Source: an uncultured Desulfovibrionaceae bacterium (GTDB lineage Bacteria > Desulfobacterota > Desulfovibrionia > Desulfovibrionales > Desulfovibrionaceae). Taken from it: a stretch of 64,000 bases of DNA. This document shows positions 51,467 through 61,077 of this stretch, in pieces (position 1 is the stretch's first letter; each line of letters starts with the position of its first letter). The notes under the pieces were generated by a model. The model had not been told where the DNA came from. It was given only the letters and a program-made list of their open reading frames with translations, and ran no database searches. The stretch covers positions 3,133 through 67,132 of the forward strand of contig CAMMYV010000001.1 of the NCBI GenBank assembly GCA_946528765.1. Reading direction: 5' to 3'. A program made the position numbers and the translations under genes.

Positions 51467-54400
51467 TTTTTTTTTGACCGGCTGGCCAAAATCCATATCA
51501 AGGCTGAGCGGGTCGCTGCCTTGAGCGGCCTGGGGGGCCGTGCCGAGAGCGGGGGCTTCGCCGAAGAGGTTGGGAACGGCCTCCCCGGACGAGCCTTGAG
51601 CTGTCCGTTCAGGTGCGGCCGCAGGGGAAGGCGTCCTTTCTCCCCGTGCCTGCAGGGCTTCGCAGACGGTGCCGGCAAGGGCCTCCTCGTCAAGCGGAAG
51701 CGTCAGCGCGTGGGTGAATCCTGCCTTGGCCAGAGCGTGCCATGTGCTTTCGTCCTGCGTGACGGCCAGAATGGTGGGCAGGGGCAGGCCGCGGAGCCTG
51801 CAGGCATTCTTGACGGCATTCAGAGTGCCGGCAAGCTTGGGATCTGCAGATCGTCCCTGCAGGATAAGCATCTCTGCAGGGCTGGTTTCATGCAGGTTGT
51901 AGAGGTCGCTGGCCGCCCTGGCAGCCCGCGTCTGGCAGCCCAGACGGGAGAGGACGTTTTCAATTTGTACAGCAATGTTCGGATTGTCGGCAAGCAGTAT
52001 TGTCTTGAGTCCCGGAACCTTGGCCTGGCCGGAAGGCACGGCCTCCTGTGTCCTGGCACCCTCGCTGGCAGGGCGCTGGGGCGCTGCCTGCGCCGCCTGG
52101 GAGATGGCGGGCTGGGGCGCTGGCCTGGGGACAGGCTGGACGGGTGCCTGCGCCCTGGGGGCAGGTTCCGGGCCAGGCTGCGGGGCAGGCTTCAGACCAG
52201 GCGCTGTGCCGGGTACCGGGCCGGGTACTGGGGAGGGCTGGGTGGGAGCGCCTGCGGGCACGGCGGAACCGGCCGTCTGGGCAGGCTGGCTCTGGGTGCT
52301 GTCGAGGCGCATGGTGAAGGTCACGCTGGTCTCGTCCTGCCGGCTTTCCATGCCGAGGCATCCGCCTGCGGCAACGGCAAGCTCGCGTGCCTGCATCAGG
52401 GAGAGCGGATCAGGGATGCCGGCGCCCTTGCCGGAGGCGGCAATGGAGAAGAGCAGTTCGCCTGCGTCCGAAGACCCCGGCATATGCCTGGCGGCACACC
52501 TCAGACAGCCCTTCTGCATGGCGCTGGCCGCGGTCTTGAGCAGGCTCTGGAGCACGCGCTCCAGTTCCTTGCCGTAGCCGGTGAAATGCTGGCCAAGCGT
52601 GGGGGACATGTACCAGGAAAGCCCCACGCCGTTTTTGGCGCAGACTTCGGTTGCCGCGTCGTGGGCGCGCTGGAGCAGCTTCTGGAGCTCGAAGTCCTGC
52701 CTCGTGCGGTCGGAAGCCTTGGCTGCGCTGGCCTTGCCGTCCTTGACGATGCCGGCAATGGCGCCTGCCGAGGAGAGGATGTCGTTGACGCGCTCCCTGG
52801 AGCTCGAGGGCAGGTTTTCGGAGGCGAGGGCCGAGGCGCTCTCCATGATGTCCTTGACCGGCGCCTCCAGATAGGGGGCGTAGTGGGCCTTGGGATCCAG
52901 AGAGAGTTCTGCCGGCGCCTGGGGGGCGACGGCAGCTGGGCGCTGCGCCGGCGCGCTTGGTGTCGCCGCACTTGGTGCCGCCGCGCTCTGGGAAGGCGTG
53001 GCCTGGGCGGGCACGGCGCCTTCCAGATTCAGGTCGAGGCCGCCGGCGCTCCCCTGGCCGTCCTGCGGGGACATGCCGGTCTGGCCGTCCAGCGACAGGA
53101 ATCCGTCGGTCGTAGCAGCGGCCTGCCCGCGCGGCGCCTGGTCGAGTCTCGGCATGGCCTCCCTGTCCCGGCGTCCGGCGCTTTCAAGCGACGAGGGCTG
53201 GGGAAGGCCCATGACCACAAGGGCGCCGAGCGCCGTGCCCCAGAGCGGCAGGGCTGCCAGGAACTGGGGCGGGTAGCCGGACTTCATGCCGACGATGCCG
53301 GCGCACACGGCGGCCGGCGGAATGATGGAGCCGAGCAGGAGCCTAAAGGAGCCGGCAAGCCCGCAGAGGCAGGCCGCCAGCGTGGTCGGAATGAAGATGG
53401 CAAGGCCCAGAGGCCAGTATTCGGCGTAGCGGGAAATCCAGTGCATGCTGGGCACGAGGGGCAGGAGCACCAGTGCCAGACCCGGCAGGGAGAGGAGCAG
53501 GTACTGCCAGTCGAAGAGGCGCGAGTTTTCGCCGCAGCGCATGAGCGTGCGCGCGGCCATGGGGTAGAAGAAAAGGGCCAGTCCCGGCGACACCAGGGCG
53601 CAGACGGTCTGCCAGTCCATGGGGCCGTTGACGGTGCGCACGCCAAGCCAGGCCTGGGCCAGGGCGCAGACCAGATAGAGGAAGGCCCAGATGCGCCACA
53701 GCCCCTGCTCGCTTAAGGCGCGCAGCAGGCAGATGACGAGGACCACGGCCAGAATGAGCATGGCGCCGGGGCGGTAGTAGCCTTCGAAGGAGGTCGCGGC
53801 GTCCTGCGGGGTGCGCAGCATGGGCGCGAACCAGACGCTCGGCATGCTGTCCGTGCGCAGGTAGCAGACGAGGGGCGTGGTGCCGGCTTCGGGCAGGAGC
53901 ATGACGCCGCGCTTGCCGGGCAGGCTCTCCTTCCACTCGGGAGTGCCGTCGGCGCCGGGCATCGGCGTGTAGAGCACCGCCCTGTCGTGAATGGCGTCGC
54001 CAAGGTCAAGCAGGTAGGTCTTGGGCTGGGCGCCCTCGGGCAGCTCCTGCAGGATGAAGCGGAACCACACCGGACCGGAGGAGGCGCCGGCAAATCCCGT
54101 CTGGCTTCTCTGCTGCAGGTAGGGCTTGAAGGAGAGCTGTCCCGTGTCTTTGCCCAGATCCTCGAGCGTGGGCGCAGGCTGAGGCTGGGCCGGGGTGGCC
54201 GCGGACGCCGGAGCCTGGGGCTTCGGCCGGTCCACCATGGCGGCCTTGGCGATGTCCAGCCTGCCTTCGGGGTCGGGCAGGACAAAGAGGTAGGGCGCAA
54301 GGTTGAGGTTCTCGTCCTTGAGCGCGCTCGGCACCATGTTCTGCAGGAAGGGATTGGCACGGGGCATGCCGGGATGAGAGGAAGCAGAGTGGTCAAGCGG

Positions 54401-54619
54401 GGCAGGCTGTCCCGGCAGCTGGGGGGCGCCGGGGCGCTGGGCGCCTCGCCTGTCGGCATTGAGATCGATGAGGGGAGCCGGCTTCTGCTCGGCTTTGGCC
54501 GCCGGAGCGGGCTGGGCCGCCGGCGCCTTGGGGGCTGCCAGCGGAGCCTGCGCCGTCCATGCCGCGCTGAGGAAGGCAAGGAGGCAGAGGCTTTGCCAAA
54601 AGAGTTTGAGAGAGCGCAT
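51461..54619 (-). CDS. Membrane sensor / degenerate hybrid histidine-kinase-like protein
   Basis: Signal peptide, periplasmic domain (PVWFRF, 7TM-DISM-like), multi-TM block, HisKA-like and HATPase-like (LERVLQSLL), receiver-like domain, Pro/Ala/Gln linkers. Confidence 0.75.
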   Translation of the reverse strand: MRSLKLFWQSLCLLAFLSAAWTAQAPLAAPKAPAAQPAPAAKAEQKPAPLIDLNADRRGAQRPGAPQLPGQPAPLDHSASSHPGMPRANPFLQNMVPSALKDENLNLAPYLFVLPDPEGRLDIAKAAMVDRPKPQAPASAATPAQPQPAPTLEDLGKDTGQLSFKPYLQQRSQTGFAGASSGPVWFRFILQELPEGAQPKTYLLDLGDAIHDRAVLYTPMPGADGTPEWKESLPGKRGVMLLPEAGTTPLVCYLRTDSMPSVWFAPMLRTPQDAATSFEGYYRPGAMLILAVVLVICLLRALSEQGLWRIWAFLYLVCALAQAWLGVRTVNGPMDWQTVCALVSPGLALFFYPMAARTLMRCGENSRLFDWQYLLLSLPGLALVLLPLVPSMHWISRYAEYWPLGLAIFIPTTLAACLCGLAGSFRLLLGSIIPPAAVCAGIVGMKSGYPPQFLAALPLWGTALGALVVMGLPQPSSLESAGRRDREAMPRLDQAPRGQAAATTDGFLSLDGQTGMSPQDGQGSAGGLDLNLEGAVPAQATPSQSAAAPSAATPSAPAQRPAAVAPQAPAELSLDPKAHYAPYLEAPVKDIMESASALASENLPSSSRERVNDILSSAGAIAGIVKDGKASAAKASDRTRQDFELQKLLQRAHDAATEVCAKNGVGLSWYMSPTLGQHFTGYGKELERVLQSLLKTAASAMQKGCLRCAARHMPGSSDAGELLFSIAASGKGAGIPDPLSLMQARELAVAAGGCLGMESRQDETSVTFTMRLDSTQSQPAQTAGSAVPAGAPTQPSPVPGPVPGTAPGLKPAPQPGPEPAPRAQAPVQPVPRPAPQPAISQAAQAAPQRPASEGARTQEAVPSGQAKVPGLKTILLADNPNIAVQIENVLSRLGCQTRAARAASDLYNLHETSPAEMLILQGRSADPKLAGTLNAVKNACRLRGLPLPTILAVTQDESTWHALAKAGFTHALTLPLDEEALAGTVCEALQARGERTPSPAAAPERTAQGSSGEAVPNLFGEAPALGTAPQAAQGSDPLSLDMDFGQPVKKKL

Positions 54620-54706
54620 TGCTTGTTGTGTCCCTTGGCGCGCAGGGCGCGCCGTGCAGCAAAAGAGGGAAAGAGGCGTGAAAAAGGGCGTGGGAGGGGA
54701 GCGGGG

Positions 54707-55396
54707 CTAGGGCAGCGACTTCAGGAAGTCGGCAAGCGCCCTTCCGTCGGGCGCCCTGGCGCCGGGGTGCTGCTGGAGCAGGGCTTCAAAGACCCTGCGG
54801 CCGCCTTCCTTGTCCTTGAGATCGAAGTAGCGGACCACGCCGGCGTTGAACTGGGCGTTGACGTGGCCGGGAACCTCGGCCAGGGCCCTTTCGAAGGCCT
54901 TGACAGCGTCGCCGTAGCGCCCGAGCGCCCTGTACATGATGCCAAGATCGGTCCACACGTCCGCGTTGGCTGGATCGAGAGCGAGGGCCCGTTCATAGAC
55001 GGAGGCCGCCTCGGCTGGCCGGTCGGCGTCGAAGTAGGCGTTGCCGAGCGCGATGAGGGCGGCCTTGTCGTTGGGGCGGCTGGCAGCCTGGCTTTCCAGA
55101 GACGCGATGGGGGAATTGGCGTCGCGGCTGGCCTGCACCTGGGCCTGCTGGGCCTGCAGGGAGTCTCTGGGGGCGGGAGCGGCTGCCTGCCGCGCTGGCG
55201 CCGTGCTCTGGTCCATGGCCTGGAAGACAAGCGAGCCGGCGGCAAGGCCGGCAAGGAAGGTGCAGGCAAGGATGAAGGCAAAGGCGCCGCGGCTGAGGCT
55301 GACGCTCCCTTTGCCGGCTTTGCCGCCGGCAGAAGCGGGGATGCCAGGTTCGTCGCCCGTCTTGGAGAGGGGGCGCGGAGATGGCTGCTTTGGCAT
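54707..55396 (-). CDS. TPR-repeat membrane-anchored protein
   Basis: TM helix then LGNAYFD..A..YERALALDP..DLGIMYR TPR motifs. Confidence 0.85.
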   Translation of the reverse strand: MPKQPSPRPLSKTGDEPGIPASAGGKAGKGSVSLSRGAFAFILACTFLAGLAAGSLVFQAMDQSTAPARQAAAPAPRDSLQAQQAQVQASRDANSPIASLESQAASRPNDKAALIALGNAYFDADRPAEAASVYERALALDPANADVWTDLGIMYRALGRYGDAVKAFERALAEVPGHVNAQFNAGVVRYFDLKDKEGGRRVFEALLQQHPGARAPDGRALADFLKSLP

Positions 55397-55569
55397 GGAG
55401 ACTCCGGAACGGCAGGCCGTCGAGTTGAAGCGTTTGTTGAAGTTTTTTTCTACAACCCGCTCTGCAAAGGATCAAGAGCCGCGCGCAGGTCGCGATTCCG
55501 GAGCGGACGATCCCGGGCAGGGCCCGAAACCTGCCGGGACCGGGAGAAAAGGGCGGGGCGACGGGGATC

Positions 55570-56151
55570 CTACGGCCTGGCGCCCTGCTCCTGCGCGAGC
55601 TTGGCAAGCTCAGCCTCGACGGTTCTCTTCTGCTCCGCCTCGAGGTCGGGCATCTCGAGCGCACGCTTCCAGTGGGCTTCGGCCTTGGCATTGTCCTTGG
55701 CGTAGTAGCGGTAGAGCATGCCAAGGCTGGCGCGCACGGCGGCCTGGTCCTTGATGGCAAGCGAGCGCTCCATGAGTTCGCAGGCCTCCTGCTCCCTGCC
55801 CTGCTGGTGCCGCAGGTAGCCAAGCAGATAGGAGGGCATGGGGTTGGCGACGTCGGCGAGCATGGCCCTGTCGAGGAAGCCGGCCGCTGCGTCTGGCTGG
55901 CCCTGGGACATGAACTCCTGGGCCAGCTCGAGCAGGGTGTCGGCATTGCCCGGATTCTGCGCAGCTTGCGCCATGAGAGCGGCAATGCGCTCTTTTTCAG
56001 GAGAGCTTCCAGCCTGCGCCTGCTGGATCTGGGCCGGCACGCGCTTGGCGATGGAGGGCTGGGTGAAGCGGGCGTAGAGGGCGCAGGCCAGCATGGCGAG
56101 CACGCCGGCAAGGAGGAAGGCGATCGTCGCCCGCTCACATCGTCTTGTCAT
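55570..56151 (-). CDS. ccmI: TPR protein, CcmI-like
   Basis: TM + TPR repeats, overlaps the end of ccmD. Confidence 0.65.
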   Translation of the reverse strand: MTRRCERATIAFLLAGVLAMLACALYARFTQPSIAKRVPAQIQQAQAGSSPEKERIAALMAQAAQNPGNADTLLELAQEFMSQGQPDAAAGFLDRAMLADVANPMPSYLLGYLRHQQGREQEACELMERSLAIKDQAAVRASLGMLYRYYAKDNAKAEAHWKRALEMPDLEAEQKRTVEAELAKLAQEQGARP

Positions 56152-56278
56152 TGCCAAGCTCCTCCAGAAGGGAGATCTTCTTGGACAGGGCGCGCTGGCG
56201 CGCTGCGAGGAAGGCGGCGTAGAGGCCGATGCCGGCCCAGACGGCCATGCCGGCGTACATGATCCAGGATTCTGTCAT
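56135..56278 (-). CDS. ccmD: Heme exporter protein CcmD
   Basis: 47 aa MTESWIMYAGMAVWAGIGLYAAFLAARQRAL; ATGA overlap with ccmC. Confidence 0.8.
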   Translation of the reverse strand: MTESWIMYAGMAVWAGIGLYAAFLAARQRALSKKISLLEELGNDKTM

Positions 56279-56973
56279 TGCTGTTCTCCGTGCTCTTCCA
56301 GCCGGAAGAGCAGCCTGTCGATGCGGAAGGCCTGGTCGAGCTGGGTTTTCCTGAAGAGCAGGAGGCCGAGCCAGAACACGCCCATGGCCAGAGTGCAGAA
56401 GACGGCTGCCAGCTTCATCTCGGGCTCGAGCCCGCCGGACTCGCTGGCAAAGACCGCCGGATGGATGGAGCGCCACATGCGCGCCGAAAGGAAGACCAGC
56501 GGCACGTCCAGAAAGGCGACGATGCCGACGGCGGAGCGAACGAGGCGCCTGCGCTCGGGCGAGGCGCCGAGGGACTCCAGAATGAGGTAGGCAAGGTAGA
56601 CAAACCACATGACGAGCGCCGTGGAGAGTCTGGGATCCCAGGTCCACCACACGCCCCAGGCCCGTCTGCCCCAGATCATGCCCGTGGCGAGGCAGAGCGT
56701 CGTGAAGAGGACGCCTATCTCGGCGGCAGCCCGCGCCGTCCTGTCGTAGGCCGGATCCTTCTTCGCCAGGCAGGCTATGGAGCAGACAAAGACCACGAAG
56801 AAGCTGACAAGTCCCCACCAGGCCAGCGGGAGGTGGATGTAGAAGATCTTCTGTATGGGCCCCATGACCTCTTCGATAGGCGCGTAGGCGAAGACGAGCC
56901 ACTGCGAGGCAGCCAGGAGGCCTGCGCCGGCGGCCAGGAGCGCAGGCGTCCAGGGGAAGCGGGAGACGCGCAT
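56275..56973 (-). CDS. ccmC: Heme chaperone loader CcmC
   Basis: IFYIHLP, WGVWWTWDPRL (WWD), SIHP. Confidence 0.93.
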   Translation of the reverse strand: MRVSRFPWTPALLAAGAGLLAASQWLVFAYAPIEEVMGPIQKIFYIHLPLAWWGLVSFFVVFVCSIACLAKKDPAYDRTARAAAEIGVLFTTLCLATGMIWGRRAWGVWWTWDPRLSTALVMWFVYLAYLILESLGASPERRRLVRSAVGIVAFLDVPLVFLSARMWRSIHPAVFASESGGLEPEMKLAAVFCTLAMGVFWLGLLLFRKTQLDQAFRIDRLLFRLEEHGEQQ

Positions 56974-57650
56974 TACTCTTCTCCAGTGTAGATGAAGCGG
57001 AAAAGCAGGAGGCCTGCTCCGAGGAAGATGGCGTCGAAGGCGCCGGCAAAGCCGAGCCAGGAGCCGACGCCGCCGGGCGGGACGTCGCCGAAGACGGCCG
57101 CAAAGACGGAGATGGCGGAAAGCAGGAGCGGCACCAGCAGGGGAAAGACGAGAAGGCTTAAGAGCGACTCTCTGGCAGCCTGCCCCTGGGCCAGCGCGCC
57201 GAGCAGGGATCCCAGCGCGGCCAGGCCGGCGTCTGCCAGGACAAGCATGGCGAGGCCTTCGGCAAGAAGGCCGCTGGGCTCCTGGGCGAGAAAGACGGCT
57301 GCTGCCGGCAGAAAGACAAGCTGGCTGAGGAAAATGAGGACAAAGCCGGCCAAGGCCTTGCCGAGCCAGACGGCGGCCGGGGGAGCCGGCGCAAGCAGGA
57401 GGCCCAGGCGCTGCCCTGCCGTCTCCTCGTAGGCGTAGACGGCGTTGAAGACGAGCACCTGGCAGAAGGCGGAGGCCAGCCAGAAGATAGTGGCCGCCGT
57501 CTGCGCGGAGACGCGCTCGCCCGCCTTCTGCGAGAGGGAGAACATGAAGACGAGCAGCAGCCCCAGCAGCAGGGCCTGGACGAGGCCGGCGCTGCGGAAG
57601 AGCGTGAGGCGCACGTCCTTCAGCGCCATGGCAAGCGCAAGGCGCGTCAT
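56973..57650 (-). CDS. ccmB: Heme exporter permease CcmB
   Basis: Hydrophobic; KDVRL, LLVFPLLVPLL; position in operon. Confidence 0.88.
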   Translation of the reverse strand: MTRLALAMALKDVRLTLFRSAGLVQALLLGLLLVFMFSLSQKAGERVSAQTAATIFWLASAFCQVLVFNAVYAYEETAGQRLGLLLAPAPPAAVWLGKALAGFVLIFLSQLVFLPAAAVFLAQEPSGLLAEGLAMLVLADAGLAALGSLLGALAQGQAARESLLSLLVFPLLVPLLLSAISVFAAVFGDVPPGGVGSWLGFAGAFDAIFLGAGLLLFRFIYTGEE

Positions 57651-58282
57651 GGCCGCGCCTCCCCCGGCTGGGCGTCCTCCAGTTCAAGGCGCCGTTCCCG
57701 GATGCGCCAGACGCAGTCGGCAAGGGCGCGGGCGCGCGCCAGGTTGTGGCTCACGCAGACGACTGTCGCGCCGCGCTTCCTGGCCTCCAGAATCTCTTCC
57801 TCGAGCATGGTCTGCGAGGCCTGGTCGAGGCCCGTGCCGGGCTCGTCCAGCAGGAGGACGTCGGGACGCTGGAGCAGGATGCGGGCGAGGCTCAGGCGCT
57901 GGGCCATGCCGCGGGAGAAGACGCCGGCCCGCTCGTGGGCGTGCCGGGCGAGGTTGACGTGCTCCAGCATGGCGAGCAGGGCGGCCTCGCCGGCGGGAAG
58001 GCCGTGGGCCTTCTGCCAGAAGGCAAGGTTCTCGAGGGCCGTCAGGGCCGGATAGAGAAAGGTCTGGTGGCCGAGGAAGCCTATGGAGGGCTCTGCAGGC
58101 GCAAAGGAAACCTTGCCGGAGCTCGGCTGGGAGAGGCCGGCAATGATGCGCAGGAGCGTGGACTTGCCGGCGCCGTTTTCGCCCGTGACGAGCGAGACGG
58201 AGCCCTCCCTGAACTCGGCCGTGCAGTCGCGCAGGATCAGGCGCGCGCCGAAGGTCTTGGCAACATGCCTGAGCGCAATCAT
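57647..58282 (-). CDS. ccmA: Heme exporter ATP-binding protein CcmA
   Basis: GENGAGKST, FSRGM, LLLDEP; ATGA overlap with ccmF. Confidence 0.9.
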   Translation of the reverse strand: MIALRHVAKTFGARLILRDCTAEFREGSVSLVTGENGAGKSTLLRIIAGLSQPSSGKVSFAPAEPSIGFLGHQTFLYPALTALENLAFWQKAHGLPAGEAALLAMLEHVNLARHAHERAGVFSRGMAQRLSLARILLQRPDVLLLDEPGTGLDQASQTMLEEEILEARKRGATVVCVSHNLARARALADCVWRIRERRLELEDAQPGEARP

Positions 58283-60177
58283 TGCGCTTCCGCCTTGGAC
58301 CTGCGCCGGCGAAGGACCAGCAGAGGCATGAGGGAGAGGAGGGCGCCGCCTATCCACAGCCAGTTGACCAGCGGCTCGATGCTGACCTTGGCTATGGCCC
58401 TTCCCTGGCCGTCCAGGCCGGAGAGGGAGGCGTAGAGCTCCTCGCCGAGGCTGGGAATGACGTCGACTTCGGTGAAGAACATGCCGCCGAACTTGTCGTA
58501 GGCGCGCTTTTCCGGTCTGAGAACGCCAACGGCGCGGCCGTTCTTCCTCACTTCGATTTCGGCCAGCAGGAATTCGTAGCCGGGCTGCCTGCCCTGCTGG
58601 AGGCCCTTCAGGACCAGCTCGTAGGAGCCGAGCGTCTGGGGCTCGTTCTGGGCGAAGGCGATGTCTGCCTCGTTCTTGTAGGGGCCTGAGAAGGCGACGC
58701 CGAGGACGAAGAGGGCAAGGCCCAGATGGCAGCCAAGCGCGCCGAGGCTGAAGTCGGAGGCAGGCTTGCCGAGCAGCCTGAGGATCAGGAAGAGTCCAAG
58801 GCCGGCAATGGACGCCAGGGCAGCGAAGGCCGCCGTCAGGGGATGGGGCTGGGCGTAGCCGAGGAAAGCGCAGAAGCCGGCTGCCGTTGCCGCCAGGACG
58901 AGGACGGGAAGGCCCCTTCTGGCGTCGAAGGTCCCCTTCCAGGACAGAAGGGGGCATAGGGCCAGCGCCAGGGCGATGAGCGTTCCCAAAGGCAGGCAGA
59001 CCTTGTTGTAGAACTTGGCGTCCAGCCCCTGCGGAGCGTCGGTCCAGAGCCTGCTGACAACGGGCCACATGGTGGCGAGCAGGATGACGAAAGCCAGCGC
59101 CAGCAGGGTGCAGACGGTGAGCAGGAGCAGGCCTTCCCGGCTTGCCGGACTGGCGAGTCCCCTTCCCCTGCGGGGCGACTGGAAGGCAATCCCTGCGGAG
59201 AGCAGGAGCATGGCGCAGATGAAGACGAGCAGGGGAGTGCCCACGGGGCTCTGCCCAAAGGCGTGGACGGAGTCGATGACGCCGCTGCGCACCAGATAGG
59301 TGGCGAAGAAGCCGGCGATGGTCGTCAGGCTGATGAGAAAGACGTTTGTGCGGGCCAGCAGCCCTCCGCGGCGCTCCATGGCCAGCGTGTGGAAGGTGGC
59401 CGTGGCGACGAGCCAGGGGATGAGGGAGGCGTTTTCGACGGGATCCCAGCCCCAGTAGCCGCCCCAGCCGAGTTCCATGTAGGCCCACCAGCAGCCGAGC
59501 AGGATGCCGGCCGTGAGGAAGCTCCAGGCAGCGATGCAGAAGGCCCGGGAGCTGCGGTGCCAGGGCTTTTCGAGGGCGCCCTGCGACGAGCAGGCTATGG
59601 CCAGCGCCAGGCAGGAGGGAACGGTGAAGCCGCCGTAGCCGAGGAAGAGCAGGGGCGGATGGATGATCATGCCGGGGTTCTGCAGGAGGGGATTGAGCCC
59701 CCTGCCGTCGGCAGGCGCCGGCAGGGTCATGGCGAAGGGATTGCTCCACACCGTGAGGATGAGGGCGAAGAAGGCCATGACAACGTGGAAGAAGGCCCAG
59801 AACCAGAGCCTGGTCTCGGGCTGCAGGCTCCTGCAGCTCCGCGTGCAGGCAAAGACGGTGCCCATGGCAGACACGGCGAGGGCCCAGAAGAGCATGGAGC
59901 CGGGCTGTCCCGCCCAGAAGGCCGTCAGCCGGTAGAAGAGATCCAGAATGTTGTCCGTGTAGCTCGCCACGTAGTCGAGCCGGTAGTCCTTCCAGTAGAG
60001 GGCGTGCAGCAGGAGGGCCGAGGCCAGAAGCAGGCAGGCGGTGACGGCCCAGTGTCCCTTTTCGGCAAGGGAAGCATCCTGGATCTGGCGCTGCCGGATC
60101 TGGATGAGAGCCAGGCCCGCGCAGGCAAGAGAGCAGAACTGCGCGGCAAGAAGCAGGGCGTAGGCGAAGAAGTACAT
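58279..60177 (-). CDS. ccmF: Cytochrome c heme lyase CcmF
   Basis: GLNPLLQ..HPP, WAYMELGWGGYWGWDPVEN, SVHAF. Confidence 0.95.
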   Translation of the reverse strand: MYFFAYALLLAAQFCSLACAGLALIQIRQRQIQDASLAEKGHWAVTACLLLASALLLHALYWKDYRLDYVASYTDNILDLFYRLTAFWAGQPGSMLFWALAVSAMGTVFACTRSCRSLQPETRLWFWAFFHVVMAFFALILTVWSNPFAMTLPAPADGRGLNPLLQNPGMIIHPPLLFLGYGGFTVPSCLALAIACSSQGALEKPWHRSSRAFCIAAWSFLTAGILLGCWWAYMELGWGGYWGWDPVENASLIPWLVATATFHTLAMERRGGLLARTNVFLISLTTIAGFFATYLVRSGVIDSVHAFGQSPVGTPLLVFICAMLLLSAGIAFQSPRRGRGLASPASREGLLLLTVCTLLALAFVILLATMWPVVSRLWTDAPQGLDAKFYNKVCLPLGTLIALALALCPLLSWKGTFDARRGLPVLVLAATAAGFCAFLGYAQPHPLTAAFAALASIAGLGLFLILRLLGKPASDFSLGALGCHLGLALFVLGVAFSGPYKNEADIAFAQNEPQTLGSYELVLKGLQQGRQPGYEFLLAEIEVRKNGRAVGVLRPEKRAYDKFGGMFFTEVDVIPSLGEELYASLSGLDGQGRAIAKVSIEPLVNWLWIGGALLSLMPLLVLRRRRSKAEAQ

Positions 60178-60229
60178 GGCGCGTCCTTGGAAATGCCTTG
60201 AGAGAAGCCTGTGGAAGAGGCCTGTGGAA

Positions 60230-60646
60230 CTAGAGCTTCTGGCGGTTCTGCTTCTGGTACTTGGAGGGGCACTTCGTCATCAGCGTCTTGGCGCTGAAGG
60301 AGCCGTCCTTCTGCATGCCGCCCTCGACGATGACTTCGGCGCCTTCCTTGAAGGTGTCGGGCACCGTGCCGCGGTAGGTCACGGCGAGGGTGACGGCCTT
60401 GTCGTCCTTGTCCTCGAGCAGGAAGCGCAGGTCTCCTGCACCGTCGGGACGGGCGAGCCCCTGGGGCGCAACAGTGCCGAAGAGCCGGGCGCTGGCCAGC
60501 TTGGCGGGGTCTTGGGCCTTGGCCTCGGCCACGTTGAGGAAGTAGACGCTGTTTTCGGAAAGGCCCGAAAAGACGAGCCAGCCGAGACCTCCGGCAAAGA
60601 GGAGGGCTGCAGCGAGATAGATGAAGGTGTTCTTTTTCTGCGCCAT
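60230..60646 (-). CDS. ccmE: Heme chaperone CcmE (CxxxY variant)
   Basis: VPDTFKEG.EVIVEG, TKCPSKY. Confidence 0.92.
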   Translation of the reverse strand: MAQKKNTFIYLAAALLFAGGLGWLVFSGLSENSVYFLNVAEAKAQDPAKLASARLFGTVAPQGLARPDGAGDLRFLLEDKDDKAVTLAVTYRGTVPDTFKEGAEVIVEGGMQKDGSFSAKTLMTKCPSKYQKQNRQKL

Positions 60647-60914
60647 GGGGAGACTCGCTTGGTTTGGAGGGGGGGCGCGCAGGCCTAAGCTTATGGATAG
60701 TACGCGCCTTGCGTGCGCATGACAAGATAGGAATGATTATTGATAAGTCAGACGCCCGGTTTTGTCCAGCCTCCGGGAAGACTGGGAAATGCAGAATGCA
60801 TCTTTGCGCATTATCGAAAGAAAAATTGAAAAAATGATGATAAACAAAGCATGTGAATTGTATTTTTCTTCACAGCTTTGCTAATTCGACTTTACTCTTT
60901 TTTTCACAAGCTTA

Positions 60915-60932
60915 ATGTGACATATTTCACAA
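60915..60932. promoter_or_regulatory. Rex operator upstream of dhcA-rnf
   Basis: ATGTGACATATTTCACAA vs Rex consensus TTGTGAA-N4-TTCACAA (2 mismatches). Confidence 0.7.
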
Positions 60933-61077
60933 AGTGAAAAGTTGTCTGGGGCGTAAAAATGCAAAGTGGCTGAGGCAAATTTTTCTTCCTATAGGCCCCG
61001 AGTTTGTGCTATGCGGAGAATAAAGGAGGCGCCACTGCGCCAAAAACGGCGGCATGGCGCCATTGAGGAGGGATTTC

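Noticed and set aside
60731-60750. Fur-like box GAATGATTATTGATAAGTCA upstream of ccmE
   Set aside because: Imperfect symmetry in an AT-rich region; too weak to call
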